The notes below the pieces were generated by a model. The model was not told the DNA's origin, did not search any database, and saw nothing but the letters and a program-made list of their open reading frames with translations. Shown here piece after piece: positions 63,369-64,000 of a stretch of DNA of 64,000 nucleotides; the stretch's first letter is position 1; each line of letters starts with the position of its first letter. The DNA lies in IMG/VR virus record IMGVR_UViG_3300020378_001929, positions 1-64,000 of that record. One strand, written 5' to 3'. A program made the translations under genes and the position numbers. This DNA comes from a virus.

Positions 63369-63734
63369 TTAATCTCCCTTTTCTACCCTGTAACTATCTT
63401 CATCAAAATGCTCAGTTGAAAACTCAAAAAGCTCAGTGTCTTCTAGTGCAATCATTCTATGAATCTGACCAACTGGGACGTGCCATACGTCACCTTTTGT
63501 TAATATCACTGATTTAGCATTGTTAATATCTTTGTCTTTCTCTGACCAGAGAAGCTTAATCTTTCCAGATTGGATGTAAAAAGTTTCATCCTTTACCTTG
63601 TGAAAGTGCCAGGAACATTTCTTGCCTTTAAAGAAAAACAAAAGTTTTCCACAATATTGTTCCTTATTTACAACCCACTTTTCATAGCCCCAGCCTTTAG
63701 AGACGTATACGATATTGTCAGTTTGAAGAGACAC
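63369..63734 (-). CDS. Cupin-domain protein (sugar isomerase-like)
   Basis: KGWGYE, SWHFHKVKDETFY and VPVGQIHRM cupin motifs. Confidence 0.82.
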   Translation of the reverse strand: MSLQTDNIVYVSKGWGYEKWVVNKEQYCGKLLFFFKGKKCSWHFHKVKDETFYIQSGKIKLLWSEKDKDINNAKSVILTKGDVWHVPVGQIHRMIALEDTELFEFSTEHFDEDSYRVEKGD

Positions 63735-64000
63735 TCTTTCCGCCTTCGAAGTACCTCAGTTTGTTTGCAACAGGTATTTCGTGTTGAAGGAATTCTTTTT
63801 GTCCAGTTCCCATCGTGTTTGTGACACTTCTCGACTCTCGAACTAGTCTTGTGAGTTCAGGAGATTCAATAGAGGCAGACTGATCTGACCCATACATATT
63901 TCTATCGAGAGTAATGTGTCTCTCCAGCGCGACTGCGCCGAGAGACACCGCCAACAGTGAAGGTAAGATTCCCTCTTCGTGACCACTGTACCCCACAGGG
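63718..64000 (-). CDS. neuB: N-acetylneuraminate/nonulosonate synthase, 3' part (start beyond right edge)
   Basis: PVGYSGHE...AVSLGAVALERHITLDRNMYGSDQSASIE is the NeuB C-terminal barrel signature. Confidence 0.9.
   Translation of the reverse strand, partial: PVGYSGHEEGILPSLLAVSLGAVALERHITLDRNMYGSDQSASIESPELTRLVRESRSVTNTMGTGQKEFLQHEIPVANKLRYFEGGKSVSSN

Noticed and set aside
1356-63824. Numerous + strand ORFs (e.g. 1356..2105, 7109..7603, 13216..13737, 58044..58661)
   Set aside because: All lie antisense to well-supported minus-strand genes; their Ser/Phe/Leu-rich composition is what the reverse complement of Glu/Lys/Asp-rich genes produces.
1-64000. Stop-codon reassignment (seen in some large phages)
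   Set aside because: TAA, TAG (e.g. 10616, 20255, 59424) and TGA (e.g. 3911, 12361, 21386) all end genes right at the next gene's start, and 12-kb ORFs are open in code 11.
1-64000. tRNA, rRNA, CRISPR array, IS element, integrase
   Set aside because: Intergenic gaps are about 100 nt or shorter, AT-rich, and show no cloverleaf, repeat-spacer array or transposase motif by eye.

Overview
This window is a gene-dense segment of a very large T4-like (myovirus) bacteriophage genome. All supportable genes (about 50) lie on the minus strand, use genetic code 11 and often carry strong Shine-Dalgarno sites. In transcription order (right to left) it holds: the end of a nonulosonic (sialic-like) acid biosynthesis cluster (NeuB, cupin, two cytidylyltransferases, an aldolase-family protein, a HAD phosphatase); a gp55-like late sigma factor; a baseplate module with gp25-like and gp6-like genes and two roughly 4,000-aa proteins; a J-domain protein, RuvC-like resolvase, primase and a single-chain Mre11-Rad50 fusion with its own sigma70 promoter; a candidate holin/spanin cassette; and the head module (TerL, portal, prohead protease, ribosomal protein bS21, three tandem paralogues, scaffold, and a major capsid protein that runs off the left edge). 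The most notable signals are (i) a putative late-promoter motif ACTATTTAT, essentially the reverse complement of the T4 late promoter; (ii) baseplate proteins rich in S/T-G/A/S-S tripeptides in the same window as a nonulosonate pathway, suggesting virion glycosylation; (iii) bS21 inside the head operon; (iv) paralogues sharing an identical 45-bp 5' end; and (v) unannotated small ORFs. All family assignments come from motifs recognised by eye; no database searches were run.
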